44,553 bases of DNA from Rhodospirillaceae bacterium UBA4479 (GTDB lineage Bacteria; Pseudomonadota; Alphaproteobacteria; Rhodospirillales; Casp-alpha2), in the NCBI GenBank assembly GCA_002389175.1, contig DGNZ01000424.1, positions 1 through 44,553 on the forward strand. The letters run 5' to 3'. This document shows positions 26,619 through 36,182 of the stretch, one piece after another (the stretch's first letter is position 1; every line of letters begins with the position of its first letter). The position numbers and the translations under genes were made by a program. The notes under the pieces were generated by a model. It searched no databases. It was not told the origin of the DNA and saw nothing but the letters and a program-made list of their open reading frames with translations.

Positions 26619-27404
26619 TTATTTACCAGAGAACTTTGGTGTCTCTTTATCCAAAAATGCCTGATAACCGGTTTTAAAATCATCGGTATCAAAGCACTCA
26701 AAGGCTTCGTTGATTTCATCGGCACTGAGCGGTGTAGGGTCTTCCAGGCGTGCTGCGAATTTCTTGTGCCAGCGATGGACCAGTGGTGCACCAGCAGCAA
26801 TGCGTTCAGCACTCGCGCGCGCTTCGGCCATGACATCACCATCGGCCACTACGCGCGACACGATGCCCAATCGCAATGCTTCTTCGGTGCCAAAGATGCG
26901 TCCTTCGAGCAGGATTTCCAGCGCGGGTCCACGTCCGACCAGCGACTGCAACGCACCCAGTTCGTGGTAGCCCATGATCAGACCTAGCTTTGATATCGGT
27001 GCACCAAAGCGGCTGCTTTCACCGCAAATCCGCACATCACAAAGCCCGGCGATCTCTAACCCACCACCAACGCAAATGCCCTTAATGGCAGCAACGCTGG
27101 GATGGCGACAATCACGCATGGCTTCGATGTTTTCGGCCATCAACGCGCCGTATTTGGTAGCCTGCTCTGAGTTGGAACGATCCGTTTCGAACTCAGAAAT
27201 ATCATTGCCAGGGCTGAACGATTTCTCGCCCGTACTGGTCAAAATGATACAGCGGACACTGTCGTCATCAGATAGATTACGAAAGATCGTGCCCAATTGC
27301 GCCCACATGTTTTTGGTCAGCGCGTTGAGTTTTTCCGGGCGGTTGATGGTGATCGTGACGATGTCTTTATCATCACGGTCCATCAAAATGAGATCATCAC
27401 TCAT
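26619..27404 (-). CDS. Enoyl-CoA hydratase/isomerase (crotonase) family protein
   Basis: INRPEKLNAL, SFSPGNDI and CVGGGLEIA. Start at MSDDLI. Confidence 0.9.
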   Translation of the reverse strand: MSDDLILMDRDDKDIVTITINRPEKLNALTKNMWAQLGTIFRNLSDDDSVRCIILTSTGEKSFSPGNDISEFETDRSNSEQATKYGALMAENIEAMRDCRHPSVAAIKGICVGGGLEIAGLCDVRICGESSRFGAPISKLGLIMGYHELGALQSLVGRGPALEILLEGRIFGTEEALRLGIVSRVVADGDVMAEARASAERIAAGAPLVHRWHKKFAARLEDPTPLSADEINEAFECFDTDDFKTGYQAFLDKETPKFSGK

Positions 27405-27411
27405 GATCAGA

Positions 27412-28584
27412 TCAAGCCGTTTTGGCGAGGTAATCCATCGCCGCCTGAACGCCACCCTTGGTGATTGGCACACCCGCCAATTCCAGGCCCATTTCGACAC
27501 CCGACAAGGCACCAAGCAACGTGAGATCGTTGATATCACCCAGGTGACCAATGCGGAATACTTTGCCCTTCACTTTGCCAAGGCCTGTGCCCAACGACAT
27601 GTCGAATTTGTCGTGGATGATCTTACGGACATGATCGGCATCATGGCCGTCGGGGACGACCACTGCAGTCAATACAGGAGAATGTTCTTCTTCGACCTGA
27701 CATAAAGTTTCCAAACCCCAAGCCTCAACCGCGATACGTGTTGCTTTGGCATGTCGTTGGTGACGTACAAAAATGTTCTCCAGACCTTCTTCGTCCAGAA
27801 TGATCTTGAGCGCTTCTTCGAGCCCATAAAGCAAGTTGGTTGCAGGTGTGTATGGAAAGAACCCGCTGGCGTTATTGCCGAGCATCGGACCCCAGTCCCA
27901 GTAAGATTTTTGAAAGCCGCTATTCTCGTGCGCATCCAATGCTTTTTTCGACACACAGTTAAAGCTGAGACCCGGAGGTAGCATCAGGCCTTTTTGCGAT
28001 CCGGTGATGGTAACATCGACGCCCCATTCGTCGTGGCGATAATCAGCAGATCCCAAACCAGAAATTGTATCGACCATGAACAAGGCTGGGTGGCCCGTAG
28101 AATCGATGGCTTTGCGCACATTGGCGATCCGCGATGTGACACCCGTTGAGGTTTCGTTGTGCACGCAACAGACAGCTTTGATTTCATGGTCGGTATCTTC
28201 ACGCAGGCGGGCTGCGATCTTTTCAGGGTCAACACCATGACGCCAATCACCGCCGATAAATTCAGGTACGATACCGATCCGGTTCGCCAACTCATCCCAG
28301 AGTGTCGCGAATTGACCAGTTTCATACATCAGCACTTTGTCGCCAGGGCTGAGGACGTTGACCAGGGCGGCTTCCCACGCACCGGTACCCGAGGCTGGGA
28401 ACACGATCACGGGGCATTCGGTTTTGAACACGCCTTTGAGTTTTTCAAGGACACGGGCACCGAGTTCACCAAATTCAGGACCACGGTGATCGATGACCTG
28501 CATATCCATGGCGCGCAGCACGCGCTCTGGAACGGGGCTTGGCCCTGGAATCTGTAAAAAATGTCTGCCTGCTCGATGTGCCAT
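27412..28584 (-). CDS. Serine/alanine-glyoxylate aminotransferase family (class V PLP)
   Basis: GRHFLQIPGP, SGTGAWEAA, HNETSTG, GSQKG and FRIGHLG. RBS GGAGG. Confidence 0.92.
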   Translation of the reverse strand: MAHRAGRHFLQIPGPSPVPERVLRAMDMQVIDHRGPEFGELGARVLEKLKGVFKTECPVIVFPASGTGAWEAALVNVLSPGDKVLMYETGQFATLWDELANRIGIVPEFIGGDWRHGVDPEKIAARLREDTDHEIKAVCCVHNETSTGVTSRIANVRKAIDSTGHPALFMVDTISGLGSADYRHDEWGVDVTITGSQKGLMLPPGLSFNCVSKKALDAHENSGFQKSYWDWGPMLGNNASGFFPYTPATNLLYGLEEALKIILDEEGLENIFVRHQRHAKATRIAVEAWGLETLCQVEEEHSPVLTAVVVPDGHDADHVRKIIHDKFDMSLGTGLGKVKGKVFRIGHLGDINDLTLLGALSGVEMGLELAGVPITKGGVQAAMDYLAKTA

Positions 28585-28634
28585 AGTGTCCTCCAAATGA
28601 ATGTGCGGTGTGATCTTTAACCGCTTAAGCGCAT

Positions 28635-28707
28635 ATTGTATACAATTTATTGGCATTGCAAGCTCAAATAATGGTATTTTTTGGTAGTTATTACATTTTG
28701 TATACAA
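28635..28707. promoter_or_regulatory. Two TTGTATACAA palindromic operators (GntR/FadR type) in a divergent promoter
   Basis: ATTGTATACAAT at 28635-28646 and TTGTATACAA at 28698-28707. A GntR gene lies in the same cluster. Confidence 0.75.
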
Positions 28708-28742
28708 TATAGTAGATGAAAGAGATCAATACGGAGAGACCC

Positions 28743-31700
28743 ATGGCACGCCAATCATTTGGACTTCGCGATACAGGCCGCATCGGCGACGAGAAGCTCG
28801 CGGCACGTCTACAAACCGCCATCAAGGGCGACGTGAAGTTCGACCCCTTCACCCGTGGGCGTTACGCCACCGACGCATCGCATTACCAGATTGAACCGGC
28901 TGGCGTCGTCATTGCCAAAGACGCACATGACGTCAACGCGATCATCGATATCGCTCGCGATGAGGGCATGCCTGTGTTGCCACGCGGTGGCGGCACATCA
29001 CAGTGCGGCCAAACCATTGGCGAAGCCATCGTCGTTGATGTCGCCAAGCACATGAACAAAGTCCTCGATTTTGACAAAGACGCGCGGACGGCACGGGTCG
29101 AACCAGGCCTCGTCCTCGATCATTTAAATGCATTCCTGAAACCACACGGCCTTTGGTTCCCGGTCGATGTATCGACATCCAGCCGCGCGACCATTGGCGG
29201 CATGACGGGCAATAATTCCTGTGGGTCGCGATCCATCCGTTACGGCACCATGCGCGACAATGTATCGGGCGTCGACGCGATCCTGGCCGACGGCACCGCC
29301 ATGCATTTCGGCGAAGTGTCCGACAACCGGGCCATGGCAGATCTCGCCATCCATCAACAAGAATTGGTTACACAGTTGCTCGCCATGGGGCGCGATCACG
29401 AAGTGCTGATTAAAGATAAGTTCCCCGACCTGATGCGCCGCGTCGGTGGTTATAATATCGATGCCCTGATGCCGACAGGCCCCGGTCGCGGCACGTGGAG
29501 TAATCAGACGGTTCATGGATCGCCCGATCATCCAAACCTCGCCCACTTACTTGTAGGATCGGAGGGCACGCTCGCATTCAGCACGTCGGTTGATATCAAA
29601 CTGCAACCGCTGCCCAAGAACAAAACCCTTGGCATTTGTCATTTTCCAAAATTCTATGACTGCATGGATGCGACCCAGCATTTGGTGAAATTGGGCCCCG
29701 TCGCCGTTGAACTGGTCGACCGCACCATGATCCAGTTGTCGCGCGAAATCCCCATGTTCCGCGATACTGTCAATCAGTTCGTGAAGGGTGATCCCGACGC
29801 ATTGTTGTTGGTTGAGTTTGCCGAAGAAGACCAAGCCGAGAACCTTCGCCGTCTAAATCAGTTGGGCGAGATGATGGCAGACCTTGGATTCCCTGATGCC
29901 GTCGTCGAAGCTGTCGAACCTGAGTTCCAAAAAGCCGTATGGGAAGTTCGGAAATCTGGCCTGAACATTATGATGTCGATGAAGGGGGACGGGAAACCGT
30001 TGTCATTTATCGAAGACTGCGCGGTCCGCCTGGAAGACCTGGCTGATTTCACCGACAGGCTGACCCAGGTGTTTCACAAGAACAATACCGAGGGGACCTG
30101 GTATGCCCACGCGTCCGTCGGCTGTTTGCACGTGCGCCCGGTCATCAATTTAAAATCTGACGTTGGTGCCAAACAGCTCCGCGATATCGCCGAAGCCGCG
30201 TTCGAGATGGTTCGTGAATACAAAGGATCGCATTCCGGCGAACACGGCGACGGGTTGGTCCGCTCTGAATTCCACAAGGATATGTTCGGCGAAGATATGG
30301 TATCGGCATTCCGCGATGTGAAAACATCGTTCGATCCAGACGGCACATTCAATCCCGGCAAGATCGTCGATCCCCCCAAGATGGATGACCCTGATCTGTT
30401 CCGGTTCAACCCGCGATACAAACAATCCACGTTGGAAACGGCGCTGGATTGGTCGGAATGGGGCGGTATGTCGGGTGCGGTCGAGATGTGCAACAACAAC
30501 GGAACGTGCCGGAAATCCAACCCCGGCGTGATGTGCCCATCGTTCCGTGTCACGGGTGATGAACAACACCTGACGCGGGGCCGCGCGAATTCGCTGCGCC
30601 TCGCATTGTCCGGGCAACTCGGCCCCGACGCGCTGACGTCCGATGCCATGAAGGAAACCATGCAATTGTGCGTTGGCTGCAAAGGCTGCAAACGCGAATG
30701 CCCCACCGGCGTCGACATGGCAAAAATGAAAGTTGAATTCCTGTATCACTACAACAAGCGCCACGGCGTCTCGTTGAAGGATAAACTGGTTGGCTACTTA
30801 CCACGCTATGCCCCGTATGCATCACGCATGGCGGGGGCGATGAATCTCCGCGATATCATCCCCGGCATGGCAAAGCTTTCGGAATGGGTTTTGGGCTTCG
30901 CGGCTGAGCGCACGTTGCCGAAATGGCGATCCGATATTTTCGATGTTGAGGCCGAAGGCATTCGTCCTGACGCCTGCCCCGCCGGCAAAGCGGTCGTGTT
31001 GTTGGCTGACACATTCAATACATACTTTGAACCTGAAAACCTGCATGCCGCAAAGCGCGTGTTAGAGGCTGCGGGCTACCGCGTCGCCATCGCCAAACCG
31101 AAACAGGGCGAACGGCCCTTGTGTTGTGGGCGCACATTCTTGGCCGCTGGATTGGTCGACGAAGCACGGACTGAGGCCAAACGCATGTTAGATGCCGTCC
31201 TGCCGTTCGCCCAAGCGGGTGTGCCGATCATCGGGCTGGAACCATCTTGTCTGTTCACGCTGCGCGATGAGTTTAAATCTGTATTGCCGGGTGAGGACAC
31301 CGACACGCTGGCCGATAACGCACTGTTATTCGAAGAATTCCTGGCCCGTCAAATTGATGCCGGAAACCTGAAGTTAGACCTTGATCCATTGGCGTCGGGC
31401 AAAGCATTGCTGCACGGTCACTGCCATCAAAAAGCATTTGCTGCCATGGGCGCCGTTGAAAAAGTGCTGCGCTTTGTGCCGGGCCTGAACGTCGAGACGA
31501 TTGAAAGCAGTTGCTGTGGCATGGCGGGTGCGTTCGGTTACGAGAAAGCCAACATCGAAGTTTCGAAGAAAATGGCGGAGTTATCGTTATTGCCCAAGGT
31601 CCGTGAAGCCGATGAAGACACCCTCGTCGTCTCCGATGGCACAAGCTGCCGTCATCAAATCCACGATGGTGCAAACCGCGAGGCGATTCATGTCGCGCGC

Positions 31701-31745
31701 GTGCTTGAGCAAGCCTTGCCAAAAAGCCAAAGGGGCGCAGCATGA
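28743..31745 (+). CDS. FAD-linked 2-hydroxyacid oxidoreductase with a C-terminal 4Fe-4S/CCG domain (GlcD-GlcF/YdiJ-like fusion)
   Basis: PRGGGTS, GSEGTL, SGEHGDG, CVGCKGCKRECP and CCGMAG. Confidence 0.92.
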   Translation: MARQSFGLRDTGRIGDEKLAARLQTAIKGDVKFDPFTRGRYATDASHYQIEPAGVVIAKDAHDVNAIIDIARDEGMPVLPRGGGTSQCGQTIGEAIVVDVAKHMNKVLDFDKDARTARVEPGLVLDHLNAFLKPHGLWFPVDVSTSSRATIGGMTGNNSCGSRSIRYGTMRDNVSGVDAILADGTAMHFGEVSDNRAMADLAIHQQELVTQLLAMGRDHEVLIKDKFPDLMRRVGGYNIDALMPTGPGRGTWSNQTVHGSPDHPNLAHLLVGSEGTLAFSTSVDIKLQPLPKNKTLGICHFPKFYDCMDATQHLVKLGPVAVELVDRTMIQLSREIPMFRDTVNQFVKGDPDALLLVEFAEEDQAENLRRLNQLGEMMADLGFPDAVVEAVEPEFQKAVWEVRKSGLNIMMSMKGDGKPLSFIEDCAVRLEDLADFTDRLTQVFHKNNTEGTWYAHASVGCLHVRPVINLKSDVGAKQLRDIAEAAFEMVREYKGSHSGEHGDGLVRSEFHKDMFGEDMVSAFRDVKTSFDPDGTFNPGKIVDPPKMDDPDLFRFNPRYKQSTLETALDWSEWGGMSGAVEMCNNNGTCRKSNPGVMCPSFRVTGDEQHLTRGRANSLRLALSGQLGPDALTSDAMKETMQLCVGCKGCKRECPTGVDMAKMKVEFLYHYNKRHGVSLKDKLVGYLPRYAPYASRMAGAMNLRDIIPGMAKLSEWVLGFAAERTLPKWRSDIFDVEAEGIRPDACPAGKAVVLLADTFNTYFEPENLHAAKRVLEAAGYRVAIAKPKQGERPLCCGRTFLAAGLVDEARTEAKRMLDAVLPFAQAGVPIIGLEPSCLFTLRDEFKSVLPGEDTDTLADNALLFEEFLARQIDAGNLKLDLDPLASGKALLHGHCHQKAFAAMGAVEKVLRFVPGLNVETIESSCCGMAGAFGYEKANIEVSKKMAELSLLPKVREADEDTLVVSDGTSCRHQIHDGANREAIHVARVLEQALPKSQRGAA

Positions 31746-32443
31746 ACGAGATGACACAACCGATTGCGCGGGCAACTTTGCACAACGAATTGGCGGAACG
31801 CATTCGTACGATGATTTTCTCCGGCGAACTTCGTGGTGGCGACCGCGTCCCGGAACAAAAGCTGTGTGATGTATTCGGGGTGTCCCGCACGCCGCTTCGT
31901 GAAGCGCTCAAAGTTTTGGGCGGAGAAGGTCTGCTGACGTTAGAGCCCAATCGCGGTGCGCGGGTGGCAACACTCAGCGAAGATGACATCGATGAGATTT
32001 TCCCCGTGATGGGCGCGTTAGAGGCGTTGTCCGGCGAGTTGGCCTGTGCCCGATTAACTGATAGCGAGTTCGCTGAAATCCGCGCGCTGCATTATCAGAT
32101 GGCACTGCATCACACGCGGGGCGAACTGCAACCGTACTTTGCGGTCAACCAGCAAATCCACGAAGCGATCCTTCGTGCTGCTGATAACCCAACGCTTGAA
32201 ACCCAATACCGTTCCCTCGCCGGGCGCATTCGCCTCGCACGATACCGCGCCAACATGACCCAAGAGCGTTGGGATAAGGCCATGCAAGAACACGAAGAAA
32301 TCCTCGGCGCCCTGGAAGCTCGTGACGGCGCGCGGTTATCGGTGATCTTGCGGCAACATTTGGAAAATAAACGCGAGACTGTAAAAGCCGCCATCCGCGA
32401 AGGTTTTGGCGATGGCCCTGTGAGTATTGCTGCCTACGATTGA
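31742..32443 (+). CDS. GntR (FadR/FCD) family transcriptional regulator
   Basis: GVSRTPLREAL wHTH and an FCD domain. ATGA overlap with the upstream gene. Confidence 0.93.
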   Translation: MNEMTQPIARATLHNELAERIRTMIFSGELRGGDRVPEQKLCDVFGVSRTPLREALKVLGGEGLLTLEPNRGARVATLSEDDIDEIFPVMGALEALSGELACARLTDSEFAEIRALHYQMALHHTRGELQPYFAVNQQIHEAILRAADNPTLETQYRSLAGRIRLARYRANMTQERWDKAMQEHEEILGALEARDGARLSVILRQHLENKRETVKAAIREGFGDGPVSIAAYD

Positions 32444-32456
32444 GTTCTTGCAAATA

Positions 32457-32563
32457 CCCCCTCACCTAACCTCTCCCCCTAAAAGGGGAGAGGGATTAGA
32501 TCGAGTTATGTTCATACAGGGTCCCTCTCCCTCACGAAGTGGGGGAGAGGAAAGGTGAGGGGG
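32457..32563. repeat. REP/RIME-like doublet of inverted palindromes
   Basis: CCCCCTCACCTAACCTCTCCCCCTAAAAGGGGAGAGGGA ... TCCCTCTCCCTCACGAAGTGGGGGAGAGGAAAGGTGAGGGGG. Confidence 0.85.
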
Positions 32564-32651
32564 CTAGTCTTAAAGAACGTTTCCGAGTGACATCCTTTAG
32601 CGATGCTGCACTAATTGATGGCAACCCATAGCCGTTCAATTGAAAGTCACC

Positions 32652-33971
32652 ATGTTATCAAAACTATCCACCCTGATATTTGGCGAGCCCGTGCGAGACA
32701 AGTTACCCGCGCGCGTTCTTGACGAGATCAATGCACGGCAAGACACCAGCGAACGGCTGATTTCATGGGTGCAAATGGCCCTGATCATCTTGTTCATTGC
32801 GCTTTGGAGCACCGCGCAAAAATTCTCAAACATGATGTCGGAATTTGAAGTCGTGCCCATGGCATTGGCGGCATATTTCGTATTTACGCTGATCAGATTG
32901 GTCGCTTCACATAAAATCCGCCTGCCTAAATGGTATCTGTATTTGTCGGTGATTGCCGATATGGCATTGCTGATGCTGATGATCTGGGCATTTCACATCC
33001 AGTACGACCAACCCCCGAGCTTTTATCTCAAAGCGCCGACACTGATGTATGTGTTCATCTTCATCGCCCTTCGCACACTCAGGTTCGAAGTCGAATACAT
33101 CATCGCCTCTGGGGCGGCTGCCATCATTGGCTGGTGCGTGTTAATGGGATGGGTGTTGTACGCAGGCGGCGGCATGGAATTAATCACCCGTGATTTCGTA
33201 ACCTATATGACATCGAACACGGTGTTAATCGGGGCCGAGATCGACAAAATGGTTTCGTTCTTTTTGGTGACCAGCGTTCTTGCGATTGCCGTTGTCCGCT
33301 CGCAACGCAATTTTTATCGGAGCGTTTTACAGCAATCCGCTGCCGAGGATTTATCGCGGTTTGTATCCAAAGAAGTTGCGGCACGCATCACATCCGCGGA
33401 TCGCCAAATCCAGGCGGGCGATGGCGAGAGTCGCACAGCCACCATTATCTTTACCGATATCGAAGGGTTTTCGGCGGTATCGGAAACCATGTCCGCCCAG
33501 AAATTAGCAAGCACACTGAACGAATACTTTGGTGTCATGGGCGATGCGATCAGCCAGTACGGCGGCGTGATCACCCACTTTGAAGGCGACCTGATGCTGA
33601 TTACCTTTAATGCCGTCGATGATGATGACGATCATGCGATGAATGCGGTCAAATGCGCGCGCATGATCGAAAAACTGGCGCGGTCCAGAACGTTTAATGG
33701 GGCGATGCTTAAAACCCGGTGCGGCATCAATACGGGCGAGATCACGGTTGGGGCCGTGGGGGCACAAGATCGCCTCGCATTTACCGTGCACGGCGACACG
33801 GTCAATATTGCCGCCCGGCTAGAGCAACTCAACAAAGAGTACGGCACCTACATCATGATGGGCGAAGCCACGTACCAGGCCGTATCAGCCACGATCAATT
33901 GCGCGTTTATTTGCGAAACCCCGGTCAAAGGACGCACCGGAGAAGTGCGCGTGTATTCACCAAAAGGCTGA
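32652..33971 (+). CDS. Membrane-bound class III nucleotidyl cyclase (paralog 1)
   Basis: About 6 TM helices, FTDIEGFS, EGD, GINTG, VHGDTVNIAARLE and VKGR. Confidence 0.92.
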   Translation: MLSKLSTLIFGEPVRDKLPARVLDEINARQDTSERLISWVQMALIILFIALWSTAQKFSNMMSEFEVVPMALAAYFVFTLIRLVASHKIRLPKWYLYLSVIADMALLMLMIWAFHIQYDQPPSFYLKAPTLMYVFIFIALRTLRFEVEYIIASGAAAIIGWCVLMGWVLYAGGGMELITRDFVTYMTSNTVLIGAEIDKMVSFFLVTSVLAIAVVRSQRNFYRSVLQQSAAEDLSRFVSKEVAARITSADRQIQAGDGESRTATIIFTDIEGFSAVSETMSAQKLASTLNEYFGVMGDAISQYGGVITHFEGDLMLITFNAVDDDDDHAMNAVKCARMIEKLARSRTFNGAMLKTRCGINTGEITVGAVGAQDRLAFTVHGDTVNIAARLEQLNKEYGTYIMMGEATYQAVSATINCAFICETPVKGRTGEVRVYSPKG

Positions 33972-34045
33972 CGCCACCCATTGTTGCCTTTGAATCACCG
34001 CAACACTGACAAATTTTCAACAAATTTTAGTATTAACCACAATAG

Positions 34046-34061
34046 CGTGACCGCGGTCACA
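34046..34061. promoter_or_regulatory. CRP-type box cGTGA-N6-TCACA
   Basis: 9/10 match to TGTGA-N6-TCACA, with a perfect 14-bp palindromic core GTGACCGCGGTCAC. Confidence 0.6.
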
Positions 34062-34303
34062 GACCGATACTGCATGATGCATTAAAACACTGTTATAACA
34101 TCAACCCCGAACAGCAGATCATCGCTTATGTTTTATCAAACCACCACATTTCGCCCTCACGCATCCTTCAATTTTTTGCGAGGCGTCGCCCGCCTACTCG
34201 GCTTTCGTGGTACTCACAAAGCGATAGCGACCCGAATCCCCCCTTCGGCGCGCTAGGCGGTTCCTCGGTTTAATTCCGAACGATTGCGGGTACACTGCCC
34301 GCC

Positions 34304-35641
34304 ATGTTGACCAAAATTTCAAACTTCGTTTTCGGAGAACCGATCACTGACGAGTTGCCAGAACGCGTCCGTAACGAAATCACCGAACGCCAGAATTCGA
34401 GCGAGCGCCTAATCTCATGGGTGCTGTTCATTCTTGTGATTTTCTTTGGGACACTTTGGTGGATCGCGCCTAAGAACGAGAGTATTGCCGGCTTCCAACC
34501 CGTGCCGTGGACCATCGGCGGTTATTTCGTCTTCACGCTGATACGTCTTGTTTTGTCCTACAAGGTTCGCTTGCCGGGCTGGTTCCTGAGCGTATCTGTC
34601 CTAGCAGATATGACATTGCTGATGGTGATGATCTGGAGCTTCCACATCCAATATGATCAACCACCAAGCTTTTATCTCAAAGCACCCACGCTGATGTATG
34701 TGTTTATCTTCATCGCACTCAGGGCACTCCGGTTCGAAGTCCAGTACGTGCTGTTGGCGGGCGCGTCTGCCATCGCAGGCTGGACCATCTTGATGTACTT
34801 CGCGATCAAGACCGATTTGGCCATGACCATGGTAACCCGCGACTACGTCGAGTATTTGACCACAAACAGTATTCTGATCGGCGCCGAAATCGACAAGATG
34901 GTGTCGACGGGGCTCGTCACCATTGTTCTGGCCTTGGTCGTGGTGCGCGCACGACGGCTGGTTTTCCATGCCATCCGAGAACATGCTGCCGCCCAGGATT
35001 TATCGCGCTTTGTGTCTAAAGAAGTCGCCAGCCGGGTGACATCCGCAGATCGCCAAGTGCAACCAGGTGACGGTGAGTTCCGCCGCGCGACAATCGTGTT
35101 TACCGATATCGAGGGCTTTTCGACCATCTCAGAAAAAATGACCGCGCAAGAGCTGGCCACCACATTGAACGATTACTTTGTGGCCATTACATCTGCGATT
35201 GACCAGTTTGGCGGTGTCATCACCCAGTACCAGGGCGATGCGATGTTGATCACCTTTAACGCGGTAAAGGACGATCCAGAGCACGAGCTAAACGCCGTGA
35301 AAACGTCCCTGATGATCGACAAAATCTGTCGCAATCAAACGTTTCAGGGCGCGCCCATGCGGACCCGCTGCGGCATTAACACAGGCGATGCATCCGTTGG
35401 CGCCGTGGGGACCGACACCATGTTGTCATTCACGGTGCATGGCGATGACGTCAATATTGCGGCCCGCTTAGAGCAATTAAACAAAAGCCACGGCACATAT
35501 GTGATGATGGGCGAAGCAACGTATGAAGCGGTCAAAGACCAGTTCCCGTGTGATTTTATTTGCGAACAAACGGTACGCGGCCGTGAAACCCCTGTGAAGG
35601 TCTATAGCCCGACGGGCGCAAAACCGGCCTCAATAGGGTAA
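34304..35641 (+). CDS. Membrane-bound class III nucleotidyl cyclase (paralog 2)
   Basis: Collinear with paralog 1 (shared FHIQYDQPPSFYLKAPTLMYVFIFIALR). FTDIEGFS, QGD and VHGDDVNIAARLE. Confidence 0.92.
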   Translation: MLTKISNFVFGEPITDELPERVRNEITERQNSSERLISWVLFILVIFFGTLWWIAPKNESIAGFQPVPWTIGGYFVFTLIRLVLSYKVRLPGWFLSVSVLADMTLLMVMIWSFHIQYDQPPSFYLKAPTLMYVFIFIALRALRFEVQYVLLAGASAIAGWTILMYFAIKTDLAMTMVTRDYVEYLTTNSILIGAEIDKMVSTGLVTIVLALVVVRARRLVFHAIREHAAAQDLSRFVSKEVASRVTSADRQVQPGDGEFRRATIVFTDIEGFSTISEKMTAQELATTLNDYFVAITSAIDQFGGVITQYQGDAMLITFNAVKDDPEHELNAVKTSLMIDKICRNQTFQGAPMRTRCGINTGDASVGAVGTDTMLSFTVHGDDVNIAARLEQLNKSHGTYVMMGEATYEAVKDQFPCDFICEQTVRGRETPVKVYSPTGAKPASIG

Positions 35642-35643
35642 GC

Positions 35644-36096
35644 TCAGCTTTTAATTTCGTTCGCAACCAAGATTGACTTCAACAGCGTTATAACTGTTGG
35701 GCCATCACCCAAACGCGCCAAGGTTTTTCCATCTCGCAAATCAATAAAGCCCGGCAAGGCCTTGGCTTCAGACTGCGACAGTTTGCGAAAGCCCATCGAC
35801 CATTCTAAGAATTGCCGATTGTCACTTTCATGCTCGGAGATGATTGTCGCATTTGTGTGACGCGTGTCTTTGGCAATACGCTCGTATGTCCGATGCACAG
35901 ACTTTTTCTCACCTTCAAGCACTTGGATGATCACACCATTGGGTAGGTAAGCTAAAAAACCCGTGATCTGATCCCGATTATTATTTTCACGTGATACTTT
36001 GAGGATGGATTCAAGATGATCATCAGATAAAGGAGACGTTTCCTTACTGAGATAAAGCAGTTGATACTTCTTCGTGTCTTCCGCAATAAAGCCCAG
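35644..36096 (-). CDS. Stand-alone BLUF blue-light photoreceptor 1 (non-canonical start)
   Basis: The frame stays open upstream of the tracked GTG 35934 to a TAA at 36097-36099. It encodes YQLLYLS...SRENN...ITGFL...QVLEG...DTRH...FLEWSMGF. Confidence 0.85.
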   Translation of the reverse strand: MGFIAEDTKKYQLLYLSKETSPLSDDHLESILKVSRENNNRDQITGFLAYLPNGVIIQVLEGEKKSVHRTYERIAKDTRHTNATIISEHESDNRQFLEWSMGFRKLSQSEAKALPGFIDLRDGKTLARLGDGPTVITLLKSILVANEIKS

Positions 36097-36182
36097 TTAA
36101 CCTACTGAATGATAAAGTTTATCAATAGGTTGGCAACTGTTATTGGGGCGCGGTATCTGCATGATCCGTATGCCTGTAAAGT

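Noticed and set aside
32652-35641. Pycsar-type anti-phage cyclase system
   Set aside because: The cyclases are 6TM receptor-type with no adjacent TIR or TM effector carrying a cNMP-binding domain.
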